Assembly (NCBI GenBank): GCA_964016885.1
Contig: OZ024741.1
Coordinates: 78,864,001 to 78,928,000, forward strand
Length of the DNA: 64,000 nt
Source: Eledone cirrhosa
Lineage: Eukaryota
Reading direction: 5' to 3'
A model generated the notes under the pieces. That model made no database searches, was not told the origin of the DNA, and saw only the letters and a program-made list of their open reading frames with translations. The translations under genes and the position numbers were made by a program. This document shows, one piece after another, positions 12,647-26,383 of the stretch; the first letter of the stretch is position 1, and every line of letters begins with the position of its first letter.

Positions 12647-13793
12647 GTGTATATATATATGTGTGTGTGTGTGTGTATATATATACACATACCTACTTGT
12701 ATGAAAGAGAGAGAGAGAGGGGGCGAGAGAGTAGGGAAAGAAATGAAAGACGATATTCTCATTAAAGTCAAAGGGTGTTTATTTGATAAAAAAAATGCCA
12801 TTCATTCGCTCGTTGATTGTTAAAGCCATATGATTAAATCTCACAGTACAACGGACAGACATTCCTTTGTAGCTCTGTAGAGCGGTGACGGCGGTGGCGC
12901 CATTCAGCAGTTAGTGAAGTGGTTTGTAATGCTATAGCAGGTGATGGCGGTGATGAATGCTCATGGGTTATGATGGCGGTGGGGGAGGTTTTGGCAGGTG
13001 ACGTGAGGTGGGGATGGTGGTTTGGGTTTTGGCAGGTGGTGTTGAAGTGTTAGTGGGGTGGGGGGTGGGGGTAGTGCTGATTGGGGGGGGGGGGGTAGTA
13101 GTGTTGCGTGTGTAAGAGGGGAGATTATGGTTCTGTGGTGGGAGGTATGGCGGGGATAGAAGCATTAAAGAGGGAGGGGGGGGGGTCTGTGGGGGGTTGG
13201 GAAGGTGGTGGAGCACAATGTTGTGGAGATGGTAGTGGTATTGATTGTATGAAGTGGAGGGGTGATAGAATGTGTTAGTGAGGAGGAGTAGCGGTAATTT
13301 GATGGTAGAGGGTGGAGGCATAGAACATGTTGGTGGAAGGAGGTGAAGGAGTAGAAAGTACTGAGAAAATGAGTTGTGGTTAGAGTAGCGGTGGTAAGAG
13401 TAGGTGTAGTAGAAGAGGGAAAGGTGTATAGAACATGGTGGTAGCAGAGGGTAGTAGAAAGAGGGGTTAACGGAAGGAGGCGGGCAGCGGTAGGAGGAGG
13501 GGTAGTAGAGGAGAGCGAAGGGAAGTGTGAGGTAGTGGAGGGTATAAGTAGTCATGAAGCTATCACGTGGCAGACAGCAGAAAAACGCGTGATGGAAATT
13601 TCCACTCGTATTATATTATTTAATTCCCACAAGCTTCATGTAGTTAAAAGGAAATGAAAAAGAGAAAAAAGAAACGTAAAGGTCAACGCCATCGCTGCCA
13701 GCTGTCATACACATTGTATACAGCTGTATAAATAAACTCACATAGCATAAACGTATGTATATGCATATGTATGGCCTGTGTGTGTATGTATAT

Positions 13794-13848
<55 letters not shown>

Positions 13849-13888
13849 AGATAGAAAATTAATATAGGTGTGTTGTATACACGCATAG

Positions 13889-13946
<58 letters not shown>

Positions 13947-14481
13947 AGGGAGAAAAATAGTGAAGCGATAGATTAATAGATATACAAATAAATAGGTATC
14001 TGCATTAGATATCAGGAAAATAGAACCAAATGAATGAAGCTCTCTAGCAACAAGCAGGGAGAGATAAATGATATGAAACAATGACTCATCTATAAATGTA
14101 TGACGTGTTTGCACATATGAGCATGAACTAAACGTACGACAAAGGCTTCAACATAGATAGACATTGAGAGGGGGGGGGGAACTACAGGAGCCATACCTCC
14201 TTATATTTAAGACATGAATACACATAATTGAAACATGTCATACGGACATATACAATCTTTCACGATATGTGGTTATTCGATCTGAGTGTTTTAAACACAG
14301 GACACACTTGAATAATGTTATCCCTGGTATAGCACACTTGAGAAAAAGGAATTTGATCATGCAGTATAGTTTCTTTAGGAGAGATGAGTGATTTCCCCAA
14401 ATCTGAAAGCAAATATCGTCAATATTTGCAAATACTATCTCGGATTTCGATATACCTGTCTCATAGTCTTTGTTTCTCGAC

Positions 14482-14648
14482 ACATACATACATACATACA
14501 TACATACATACATACATACATACATACATACATACATACATACATACATACATACATGCATGCATGCATGCATGCATACATACATACATACATACATACA
14601 TACATACATACATACATGCATGCATGCATGCATGCATACATACATACA
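14482..14648. repeat. (TACA)n/(TGCA)n microsatellite
   Basis: Direct inspection. Confidence 0.97.
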
Positions 14649-15131
14649 TGGTGGCTGCAAAACTCTGCACAGAGTATTGCAATCGCTTGTCAGATTACAG
14701 AAAATAGTGTAGCTTTAGGCTACAGTCAACCATACGAACCTGTAATATATCCTGAACAAGCAATGACTGTTCTTTGAAGGTTTTTTAAGTGGTCAAAGGC
14801 CTTACATACGTATATACATACATACGTATGTGCGCGTGTGTAACTCAACAACTACAACACGTAAGAATGACTGATAGGTTTGGAAAAAGGCTCCCCTAAG
14901 ACCATTTCTTGCCCCCTCTACCTTCACAACTTCCCTGTATTTTCCCGCACGCCTTCTACTGCCTCTAATCTAGCATATGTATTCCTGTATATACATACAT
15001 GCATATACAACACATTCTTTCTGATGATCTTGCGAGTGTACAGGTAAAACTTGAGTAACAAGACTCACCACTAAAGAATATTTAACTCTACTTCGGTATT
15101 GAGTACTCATTCTCACGTCCATCAATATCAC

Positions 15132-15184
<53 letters not shown>

Positions 15185-15261
15185 ATGTATGTGTGAGTAT
15201 ATGTATGCATGTTTGCATCTATGTATGTATATATACATATATACACGCAAGTCAGCAAGCA

Positions 15262-18043
15262 AACAGTTCGAGACATTTTCAATTAAGGACTGCCTCAAGA
15301 TGGTGTTGGTGCTGGCGTGCCTAGTCCCCCCCCCCCCACTCTCTTTCTCTTTACTGTATAGTTATTGATTCAGTTTACAGTCTGATAGGCGCGCACTGTC
15401 AGTACACGACTAGAAAGCATGATGGAAAATTCCATGACGTAATACATAATTCTAAGCTCTACTTCCCCTTCTACAGCGACTAAATAATGTCTGCCAAATA
15501 GCTTGCTTTTATCTCTACGCTTCTAATCAATTTTTCTTTTTCAAGTTGTCTATTCGTTTTTTTTTCTTTCTATCCTCCCTTTATGCAGTCTCATCGCTTT
15601 TGCATTCATTTCTCTTTCCGTTTGATGCCAAGATCTTGATTTATATTTCTTCTTTCATCATTTCCCAATGATGTAAGGGACGATCAGTATATACATATAT
15701 ATATATATACACGTGTGTGTGTGGGGGGTGGGGGGGGTATTGTATACAGAAGAGACTGGGGAGGGCATTACATAACTATTTCTTTCTGAATGATTGTCTT
15801 TTTTTTTGTTTAGTAAATTCCTTTCACGTGGTTTGTTTCCTGAGGAAAGCAAAATGTTTGTTGATGATATTTTTCCTTTCCCTGGTGACACCAATACAAT
15901 TAGAGACTGAATATTGCATACAATCAACAGGAACCATCTCTCCCTGGTGGTACCGGTGCAGTAACAGAGAGTATCATGCAATAAATCATTACAGAGTTTC
16001 TTTGGTTATAGAAACGCTTTCACATACAGACATTAGAATGTTTGTCTTCCTGATACTTTAACAGTAGTCATATTTACACTATCTCATAGAGTTTCTGAAT
16101 TTTTTTTTGTCTTCCTGGTACAACCAACACCAGTCATAGTAACACTATCACTCACAGTTACTGAAATGTTTCTCTTCCTGGTACTTTATCACTAGTCGTA
16201 GTAATACTATTACATACAAGCATTTGAATGTTTGCCATCCTGTTGGTAACAATACTAGTTACAATCACATATGTCAGTTGGATGATATAAGGATGACCAT
16301 AGATGTTAAGGATAATGTAGCTCTGCTGAATGAAATATGAAGCTATTGCCAGCCACTGTCTTCTAAGAAGGACACAGGATGTCACTACTCCGCTCTACTT
16401 TTCAATGGTCCATTCTCACATTTAATAAAAGTGTCTATAACAAATTTTGGACAAATATGTAGTTTGGAAGTCCAGTTATCTAGGTAATCTCATTTAGCTA
16501 AATTGTATATATGTACACACACACGCAAACACGTACGCGCACACGCATACAGATTTACCTTGCGACAGGCCTTGAAGACGGCTGGTCTAGAACATAAATA
16601 ACAACATCTTCAACGTAGGAAGCCATCTGCTCTTGCCTACCTTTTGTAGCAGATAACCTCCCTGGTAATTCATTTCAGTCCGCAAATGCGGAGAAGGGTA
16701 TATACGTTGCAGAAGATGCATAATAAGACTGAAACATATCTGGAGTTGTCTCCTATAACCAATAGTAGATTCAAACAATATTAGTTAGTTTGTTTTCTTT
16801 TCTCCTTTTCATAATGATTTCTGATTGATCTCGGTTAGATATAAACTCAGAACCTAAAATATTATGAAGAAATATTGAAACAATTTACCTAGAGACGCCC
16901 TCCAGACAAACAGTCAAGTTGGATGTAATGAAGAAAAAATCTAATCAATTAATACGACGAGCAGAAGAAAACCGTAACTGAATTACTAATATCAATTTAG
17001 TCTCATCCTGGTAGGAAGTATTTATCCTTTTCTTTCACACTAAGATTATCATAGTAATGGTTTCGTATGTTAGCTCAATTTTGCACGGAGATAGCTTCGG
17101 AAAAGCTTTGAATGTATTCACTTCCCATTTGCCATGTCTAAGGTCAATTGAAACCTTTATGTTATTTAGTCCCAAGACAGCCTTGATCCAGAAAACCTCT
17201 GGAAGATGTCGAATTTCCACTTTGCCCTCTCTTTGCTTTTTATATTTGGTACTATGTTTATCATTATCTAATGTCTTTCCGGTTACGATGAAAACTTTGC
17301 TAAATTAGCGCCAACCTGTGACTAAACAAAAACAACAACAACAACAACAACAACAACAATATCATCGGTTGTTATTTGTGTATTTCCCATTGACTTCAAC
17401 CATATCAACATAGTCAGAAACTGGACATTTCTAATACTATTGCTTATATATGGTAGTGAATTTTTTAACTGTTCAGGTATCACCAGTGACATTACAGTGG
17501 CGTTTGTTTAATCTCTAAGTCGACCTTCATCCAGCTTACATATGATCAAAGGCATACCAACGATGATCATGGCTGTGCTTGTATCACAAGTTAAACATTC
17601 TGGTGACTGATTCTATGTGTTAGTGACTCCTTATATTGCCAAAGAAAGAATGATTCAAGTGACTGTATATGATGAATGAAACTTTATATCTGTACTGGTA
17701 ACAAGAGGATGACAAACAGATAGTGTTTCTGTATTGATAGCACATGGAAGAGAATCATGTCAGTGACTGTATATTAAAGTCTGTATGTAACTGCGCTGGT
17801 ACCACCAGGGAGAGGTTTCTGTAGACTGTATGCAACATTTACTCATTTATTGTGTTTGTGTCACCAGGGAAAGAAAAACGATTTTGTTTTCTTCTGGAAA
17901 AAACCATGGGAATAAAATTCACAGCACAAAAAAGAAACATATAATAAAGAAAATATAAATAGTATTTGTCATATCATCAAATCTCACCCACCCATTGACA
18001 TCTGCAATCGCACACATACACACATATACATACACACATATAT

Positions 18044-18102
<59 letters not shown>

Positions 18103-18566
18103 TACATATAGGGAAGGATGAAAGAGAAAATAAATAAAACAAGATTGTGTCATCAAATGGAAATAGCAATGAATGCAGAAGCAACTAGACTGCATGAAAG
18201 GAGGATAAAAAGAAAGAAATGAAAGAAAGGAAGGAAAAAGAAAACAAACGAATGAACAACTACTTGAAAAGAAAAATTGATTAGAAGCGTAGAGATAAAA
18301 GCAAGCTATTTGGCAGACATTATTTAGTATCTGTAGAAGGGGGAAGTAGAGCTTAGAATTATGTATTACGTCATGGAATTTTCCATCATGCTTTCTAGTC
18401 GTGTACTGACAGTGCGCGCCTACCAGACTGTAAACTGAATCAATAACTATACAATAGAGAGAGAAGGAAAGAAAGAAAGCAAGGGAGAGAGAGGGGAAGG
18501 GGGAAACTAGGTACGCCGTCAACAACCCCATCTTGAGGCAGTCAGCAGTTGAAAATGTTTCTAATT
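15262..18566. repeat. Long diverged inverted duplication (arms about 15262-16000 and 17750-18566)
   Basis: 15355-15545 is the near-identical reverse complement of 18262-18455. Weaker matches extend on both sides, e.g. TCTCCCTGGTGGTACC vs GGTACCACCAGGGAGA and TTCCCTGGTGACAC vs GTGTCACCAGGGAA. Confidence 0.9.
16560..17360 (-). mobile_element. Highly decayed L1/Tx1-like fragment inside the inverted duplication
   Basis: KVEIRHLPEVFWIKAVL resembles the ORF1 segment IKNIPPNVNIWWILAGF; ASYVEDVVIYV is a possible degenerate YADD region. Confidence 0.35.
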
Positions 18567-19509
18567 GGTTGGTCACTATTGATTTGTTTGTATGTATACA
18601 TGCGTATATTTAAACATATGGGTGTAGGACAAAACACCCCCAGGACAACCATAAATAGGACAAAACTCTCTCGGGCAAAATCTTGCACGTTTAAAATATA
18701 AAATAGGACAAAAGATCCACAATTAACACCCCTCCTAATTAGAAACATTACAAAAACGTCTATGAAATGAAGTCTTGCAGCTGTCCAGAACATTCGTCAG
18801 AAGTAACTGCCTAGGAAACGTAAGCTAGTTAGGTTCGAAAAGAATTATATATACAAGTACACAACCCGTCATTTTTCAAACTGAATAACTGATATTTAGT
18901 TTCCTTGTCGAATTGTTACAGAACTGTGCAGCTCATAGAAAAATCACACCTATGCCACAAACTAACAAACGATTCTGGAGAGTAATGACCCATACCTACA
19001 AAACCTGGGAATCTGAACCACTCGGCATTTAAGCCGCGACTTGTACCTGGATTAAGCTGCACCCCACACTCCTGGCGCTAAATCCGCACTTCTCCTGGAA
19101 CCCACATGAAGATACCTCTAGCCCACACCCCACTCTCTCACCCCTCCCCTAGTATATACATCTATTACCTACATTGTACCACCACTACTCATCTAGTCAG
19201 TTTTCCTCTACATACTATACTTCCCATGTATATATGTGCAGGTGTGCAGGTAGCCGTACCACTTCCTCTTACCTGATTCTTGTATGGGTGTATGAATGTA
19301 GCACGTACATATGTGCGTGCATGTGTATGTTGCATATAGGTGCACGTGTGCAGACAAGTTTGCCACCTCCTTTACCCATATGGACATGCATGGGAGACTG
19401 TGTACGGATGTATGAAAATATGTATGTCCTTGCATTTGATTGTGCATGCATGCGTATATGTAGGCAAGTCAATGTACATGTATGTGTGTATATATGTGTG
19501 TATGTGGCA

Positions 19510-19870
19510 ACCCCACCAAGGTTTCTTGGTGAGGAGGGTGACTTTGGACATCCTGCAGGACTAAAAACAAAACCTGTCAAAGGGCAAAGGAGCTCTTTAG
19601 AGTCAATGGCCATCCAAAATCACCGGGAGAGATGACCCCTTAGCCTTTGTCAAGGCAGAGTTCTAGGAGAAGGAAAACTCTGATATAACACCAGCAACCC
19701 TGATGGTATCCAATGATGTTGACTTGTTCTTCTTTTTGGTAAATATTATCTTGGTTAAGAGAGTGGGACTGGCTTTGTGCAGTGCCTTTGCTCACTATAA
19801 AAGCTTCACGGCACAGGCATTGCTTTATATCTGGAGATCTCTCTGCACTTGTCGTCACATGGTACCATGG
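19510..19870 (+). repeat. Interspersed repeat, possibly LINE (RTE) 5'UTR-derived; second copy at 57717-57950 (-)
   Basis: GACCCCTTAGCCTTTGTCA..TTCTAGG and AGAGAGTGGGA.TGGCT..GTGCA are found reverse-complemented at 57760-57930. Confidence 0.6.
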
Positions 19871-20129
19871 GCCCAGCACTATGTGTCAATAATTGTCACA
19901 AGTGTAGTGTTTGTACCAGAGTTTTCAAGTCGCTGGCTGGACTAAAAAGTCACACTCGTTCAGCGCATTGGTAGGGGTTCTCCTACATGGATATAAAGTA
20001 GTGGCCGTACTCGAAAACGAGTTGGCAGCCACCATGTGTGCATGTATGAATGTGCTTGTGCCTGTGTGTGCATACTTTACCCACTCATTCCACCTATTCA
20101 TTTATTTTCTCTCTAAACTTTTCCACAGC

Positions 20130-20330
20130 TAATTCCTTGCTATCGAGGTAGAGTTGGCCGCCCGCAGGTACGAGCCCCGCGATGTAGAGTGGCTGTTTCA
20201 GCGCGTCTCCTTCGCCATCCTCCGGGGCAATGCATTCTCCATCCTGTGGGCTGGGACCAAGAGGCAGGGGGTAAGTCAATTGGTGGTGGAGGATACTCAT
20301 TCGGACGTCACTTCAACAAATAAAACATGA
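20130..20330 (+). mobile_element. 3' terminal fragment of a CRE-like (RLE) non-LTR retrotransposon
   Basis: My translation gives EPRDVEWLFQRVSFAILRGNAFSIL, matching the FLFQRLS.AI.RGNA C-terminal motif typical of CRE-clade elements; GC-rich island. Confidence 0.7.
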
Positions 20331-20554
20331 AGTAGATAGTGTACTGATCAAAATATATATATATACACTTACCATTCTCTTCTCCCCCCCCCCCCATTCT
20401 CCATCAGACTAGTTTACAATTATGATAAATTCAATCAAAGCACTACCAAGTCTAATGACCTATTTTCTCATATCCTACAAATATTACTACACCCTTGAAA
20501 AAGGTTTGCTAAACACACAAACCGAAACCGGTTAATGCCGCGGTCGGGATTTTA

Positions 20555-20600
<46 letters not shown>

Positions 20601-21378
20601 ACACACACACACCCTATATATATATATACCGCTTGACTAAGATTAAATTTACAGCGTAAAGCCATATTTTGATTCCTTTAAAATGGGAGTGAGATGAATA
20701 AGGCTAATTCAACTCTATACAAATGCTATGTATTGGAGCCAGATTGATACTAATGGCAATTTGCGTGTGATTCTTAGTTGTATGTATTCATTGTTTATAT
20801 AAAATGCTGACCGCTTGTTTTCACTTGCTACCGCTTCTTAAACAAATTCCACTCCTGCAAATCTAATAACAAAATTTATTCTAACTATATAATAAAAATT
20901 AATAATAACATTGTAAATAAATAACAGATAAGTAATGCTTTTACCTAAACCTACTTACTGCTACCCATTAGATAATCTCCATTCCTGCAAGTCGCATAAT
21001 AAATATTACTCTAACTCTATAAGAAAAATAGTTAATAACGTTGTAAATAGTAATGACGTAAGAAATATACCTCAACCTATAATTTTGCATCGGCAAAAAA
21101 GTCCATGTACAAAATGTTTTTTAATTTAATTGCTTGCTCTACGATTAGTGTTTTGATATGATGTTTATTCTTGAAATCATTTGAAATTGGAAAACTTTGT
21201 TCTTACTCACATTTTCCAGAAGATATGCGAGTGACAGGTATTATGTATGGTGTTGATAATTATTTCTAGTTGTTTATATATGCCTGCATCATTGTAACCG
21301 TTTTGAAACAGACGTAGAAATAAAAGAATGGATGTAAGTTGTTAACCTTGTCTTTTGTCATATATTGTGTGTGTGTAC

Positions 21379-21495
<117 letters not shown>

Positions 21496-21780
21496 CAAAT
21501 AACGAAACGAAATTAAATTTCGTTTCGCTTCTAACTCACTTTTGTATGACTGACGCTTAAACAATTAAGTTAAAGTGTACATCTACATATGTATACGGAA
21601 GTATTAGTATGCATATAAATACACACATGTATACATATGTACATGTACTCAGCTTTTCACTAGACACTTTACAGTGAGTGTCAGCTAGTCTGTATGTAAC
21701 CACACAGGCGGACCGGGTTTTAGAGTCATACGAGTTTTCAAGGAAACACATTTCCTCTATTCTCTAGAGGGCCAGACAGG

Positions 21781-21825
21781 AATATTGGACTAGTTTCGAT
21801 GTTATTACATCTCATCAGCAATATT
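21781..21825 (-). ncRNA. Type I hammerhead ribozyme (inverted copy)
   Basis: Exact reverse complement of 22209-22253. Confidence 0.9.
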
Positions 21826-22208
21826 TACCCATCTTCCGGCTTCTCTGGAGAATTGTAAAAGCACATATTGTTATATGCTTTTTCTATGAAAATTAGTAGT
21901 GGGTAGACCAATTTGCATAGAACGTGAGTCATTGTACGCAGTGTATTTATATGCATACTAATATTTCCGTATACATATGTAGATGTACACTTTAACTTAA
22001 TTGTTTAAGCGTCAGTCATACAAAAGTGAGTTAGAAGCGAAACGAAATTTAATTTCGTTTCGTTATTTGTTTTTATCGTTTCCGCTGAACCGGTGCGTAC
22101 AATGACTCACGTTCTATGCAAATTGGTCTACCCACTACTAATTTTCATAGAAAAAGCATATAACAATATGTGCTTTTACAATTCTCCAGAGAAGCCGGAA
22201 GATGGGTA

Positions 22209-22253
22209 AATATTGCTGATGAGATGTAATAACATCGAAACTAGTCCAATATT
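22209..22253 (+). ncRNA. Type I hammerhead ribozyme, minimal helix III
   Basis: AATATTG-CTGATGA-GATG taataa CATC-GAAA-CTAG-TC^-CAATATT: 7-bp helix I, intact core, 4-bp helix II, palindromic helix III, GUC site. Confidence 0.93.
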
Positions 22254-22471
22254 CCTGTCTGGCCCTATGGAGAATAGAGGAAATGTGTTTCCTTGAAAAC
22301 TCGTATGACTCTAAAACCCGGTCCGCCTGTGTGGTTACATACAGACTAGCTGAGACTCACTGTAAAGTGTCTAGTGAAAAGCTGAGTACATGTACATATG
22401 TATACATGTGTATATTTATATGCATACTAATACTTCCGTATACATATGTAGATGTACACTTTAACTTAATT

Positions 22472-23002
<531 letters not shown>

Positions 23003-23004
<2 letters not shown>

Positions 23005-24884
23005 AAGGAATTGTGGTAAGGAACCAGATGGACCATAACGCACCAGAGTACTCAATACTTAGGGTAGTAGAGTGGGAAATAGGAAAAACTATGACCCCGA
23101 CGACAGAGCTCAAGCCGTTTCGACGGCTATTTCTGGACTAAATTAGAATTTTTTAGCCTGGTGAATAAATAGCCGAACTTGTCAAGGGGGTACTTCCTTA
23201 TATGGGAAGATTGTAGTTGTCAAGAGGATTGGTTAAAATTTGTTGTATACACAAATAACTTTATCATGGCATTTGGTGGGAGGTAGAGGTGGCTGAACTT
23301 GCCTGTAAAACAATAGGCGTGTGAGTGGAGCGGTCAAGCGTTGAAAGTGATATGTATACATCAGATTCTAAGGATAGTGTATGAAGTAGAGGAGGGAGGT
23401 TATAGAATAGGTAAATCAAATGAGAGTAGGAGATAATAAAAGATAATAGAAAAAAAAAATATATATATATAGAGAGAGAAATGAATTGTCCTGATTGTCA
23501 CGGTATCTATCGTAGAAAAAAGTTCTCCATCTTAGTCCTACAGCACCACACCTAACTTCGCACAAAACATCGTCTCCTCAAACAACAAAAAACTCAACCC
23601 TTATGGAAGAAATAACCTAGACATCAGTGGAGAGCCGACCAGGAGGTGTAACTGCCCTGATAGATCTACGTGCCCCCTCAACAACAAATGCCGAGAACGT
23701 AACGTGATCTACCAGTGCAACGCGAGGACGGACACCTCCAACAAAGCTTATATAGGATTAACCGCGTGTGACTTCAAGACCCGGCTCGACCAACACCGTC
23801 ATACTTTCCGAAACCCGGTCCGGCGACATGCCACTACACTTTCGGGCCACATCTGGGACCTCCAAGATAATAATATAACCTACAATCTCACTTGGAGATT
23901 ACTGTCCAGAGCTAACTCTTACACGGGAGGACGCCGTCCGTGTAACTTATGCTCGGAGGAAACATTACAAATGTTGTTTTCGAAGGACCAACTCCTAAAC
24001 AAGAAAGACGAACTGGTAACCGCATGCAAACACAGATTGCGTAGGACTTATCTCGCCCTCAAACCCCATAACGACTCGGGTGGGTAGACAAGGGCTGATA
24101 TCCCCCCCCCCCACTTGCCGAATAAGTTAGGAGAAACCCCAGCTTATTTAGGTAGATGTATTTCTTTTCTTTTCTTTTCCTCTTTGTCTTCTTCTTCCCC
24201 CTGTCTCATCCTATCACTTCCTTCCACCCCCTATTTTCTTCCTCGTCTGCTTTTCCCCTTTCACCTACCCCGATGCAACGCATCGGGCCCCTGTAGCATC
24301 AGTTCCCCCACCCCTGTAATTTTAAGATAGTAAAACGTATTCGACCAATTCTAACTACTTATAGCAGACGTGTTAAACCACTCTAATTTTGTATCAGTTC
24401 TGGTACTACTCAATTTCTACAGGTTTTTCTATTCTCAACTTATTAACCTGTAATTGTAAGATAGCATTGTAATTTTTTTTATTCATTTCTCACAATATAT
24501 TTTTTTATTTTTTTCTATTAACTTTTATTGTCTCCTACTCTCATTCGATTTACCTATTCTATAACCTCCCTCCTCCACTTCATACACTATCCTTAGAATC
24601 TGATGTATACATATCACTTTCAACGCTTGACCGCTCCACTCACATCCCTATTGTTCTACAGGCAAGTTTAGCCACCCCTACCTCCCACCAAATGCCATGA
24701 TAGACTTATTTGTGTTTACAACAAATTTTAACCAATCCTGTTGACAACTACAATCTTCCCATATAAGGATGTACCCCCTTGACAAGTTCGGCTATTTATT
24801 CACCAGGCTAAAAATTCTAATTTAGTCCAAAAATAGCCGTCGAAACGGCTTGAGCTCTGCCGTCGGGGTCATAGTTTTTCCTAT
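23003..24884 (+). mobile_element. 5'-truncated Penelope-like element with an inverted pseudo-LTR at its 5' end
   Basis: GIY-YIG ORF in the middle; 23079-23487 is the reverse complement of 24481-24884; (TA)n on both sides. Confidence 0.9.
23533..24087 (+). pseudogene. PLE C-terminal GIY-YIG endonuclease region (open frame, no RT)
   Basis: SYSTTPN, CNC...CPL..KC..NVIYQC, YIGLT...FKTR..QH..TF, TTLSGHIWDL, CNLCSEE, LLNKKDELVTACKH. Confidence 0.9.
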
Positions 24885-24942
24885 ATATATATATATACAA
24901 TATATTAATAAGTGAAACTATATTTATAAAACCATATTTATT

Positions 24943-25000
24943 TTATTATACATATTTCAAGGGCAACCAAGGCAAATTATGGTGCGCTTTCATCAGATAA
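24943..25000 (-). ncRNA. Type I hammerhead motif (slightly degenerate)
   Basis: TTAT-CTGATGA-AAG.GCA...TGC.CTT-GAAA-TATGTA-TA^-ATAA on the minus strand. Confidence 0.65.
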
Positions 25001-25034
25001 TATATATAATATATATATAGTTTTAATATAGATG

Positions 25035-25085
25035 AGATTCTACAGGTCTAGAACTGTTTCATTCTTTAGAAATCATCAGGAATCT
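25035..25085 (-). ncRNA. Type I hammerhead motif
   Basis: AGATTC-CTGATGA-TTTCT aa AGAAT-GAAA-CAGTTCTAGACCTG-TA^-GAATCT; helix III is a near-perfect 14-nt palindrome. Confidence 0.8.
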
Positions 25086-25199
25086 GGCTTTCCAAAAATA
25101 AATGTAGTGGTATTTATATATTTCCAGGTGGTAGGAGAGGGTGGGGAGTGGGATGGGTGGAGGTCATTGGTTGAAAGAAAAGGGAATTCATTAAAAGTG

Positions 25200-25320
25200 A
25201 AGGCGTGTGGTTGATTTGTTAGAGAACTGGATTCGTAATCGTGAGGTTGTCGGTTCGATTCCTGGACCGGGCGATGCGTTATGTCCTTGAGAAAGACACT
25301 TTATTTCACGTTGCTTCTTC
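25200..25320 (+). mobile_element. SINE family B 5' fragment
   Basis: GGTTCGATTCC B-box followed by ..CCTTGAG.AAGACACTTTATTTCACGTTGCT, shared with the copies at 25970 and 42748. Confidence 0.75.
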
Positions 25321-25360
25321 TACCTGGAATTGCTACCAATAGATAGTATTAGCAATTGGA

Positions 25361-25486
25361 AAGACCATTTCCAACTTTGTTTCCTCGGTCCGATTTGACG
25401 AAAGTCGATCGACAATATATATATATATATATTGTCGATCGACTTTCGTCAAATCGGACCGAGGAAACAAAATTGGAAATGGTCTT
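25361..25486. repeat. Short fold-back centred on a (TA)n run
   Basis: About 55-bp arms, near-perfect reverse complements. Confidence 0.92.
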
Positions 25487-25969
25487 CCATTATATATATA
25501 TATATAAAGAATTTATATCTAGTAACATTTATATACATACAGATGCATATCAATGCTAGCAAATATATAGGTTTTGTCTTAGTAACATTGTGGTTCAATG
25601 CATGGGGTTGCAGAACAATAATATGAGAGACGTAAGATAAGAAAATTATAAAATTATAAAAAAATTATAAAATTGACTTACTTACTAAAATATCACTTCC
25701 AACTAATTAGTTTCTGGAATGGAGTAAATATATTTTCCGAAGAACATATTGAAAAGCATTCCGTCGTCAGGAAAGTCTCTTTTCATGTAAGTTTCCAGGC
25801 ATAGCGAGGACTCTGGAAACTTATTAAAAAAATAATTCAGTGGAGAGGAAATAGCGAAGCGTGGACTGAAATCCTAGTCATTGAGAAAATCACTGTCTCT
25901 ACGTCCGTGGCAAATTCAAAAAGAATCAATCACGTGACATCGATATATATATATATATATATATATAAT

Positions 25970-26302
25970 GGAGGCACATGGCTTAGTGGTTAGAGCATTG
26001 GCCTTGCAATTGAAAAGTTGTGAGTTCAATTCTCAAACCGGGTGATGTGTTGTTTCCTTGAGCAAGACACTTTATTTCACATTGCTCCAGTTTACTCAGC
26101 TGTAGAAATGAGATGATAGGGACTGGGTCCATATCATTCCACTGCAAAGTGGTCGTGGAGGTGCCACGGCAAAAAAGCACCCACCACTCACTGTAAATGA
26201 AGTTGGTGTTAGGAAGGGCATCCATCCGCAGAAATCAAGCCAGAATCAGTTCCCGTCCCACCCTTGCAAGCAGGGAAAAAGCGGACGTAAAATGAAATGA
26301 TG

Positions 26303-26305
<3 letters not shown>
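25970..26305 (+). mobile_element. SINE family B (tRNA-derived head), near full length
   Basis: TGGCTTAGTGG A-box, GAGTTCAATTC B-box, conserved body and (ATG)-like tail. Confidence 0.85.
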
Positions 26306-26350
<45 letters not shown>

Positions 26351-26383
26351 ATAAGATCAAAAGATGGTTAAAAGAGTTCTAAG

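Noticed and set aside
12968-13555. 195-aa Pro/Tyr-rich extensin-like ORF
   Set aside because: G/A-rich low-complexity DNA with no domain or splice evidence.
20490-20545. HHR-like TTGAAAAA-GGTTTG..CAAACC-GAAA-CCGG-TT
   Set aside because: Extra core A and no helix I; probably a decayed HHR but not supportable as a feature.
25970-26045. tRNA gene candidates (also about 42042-42102 on -, and 42748)
   Set aside because: A/B boxes are present but there is no complete cloverleaf; they are SINE heads.
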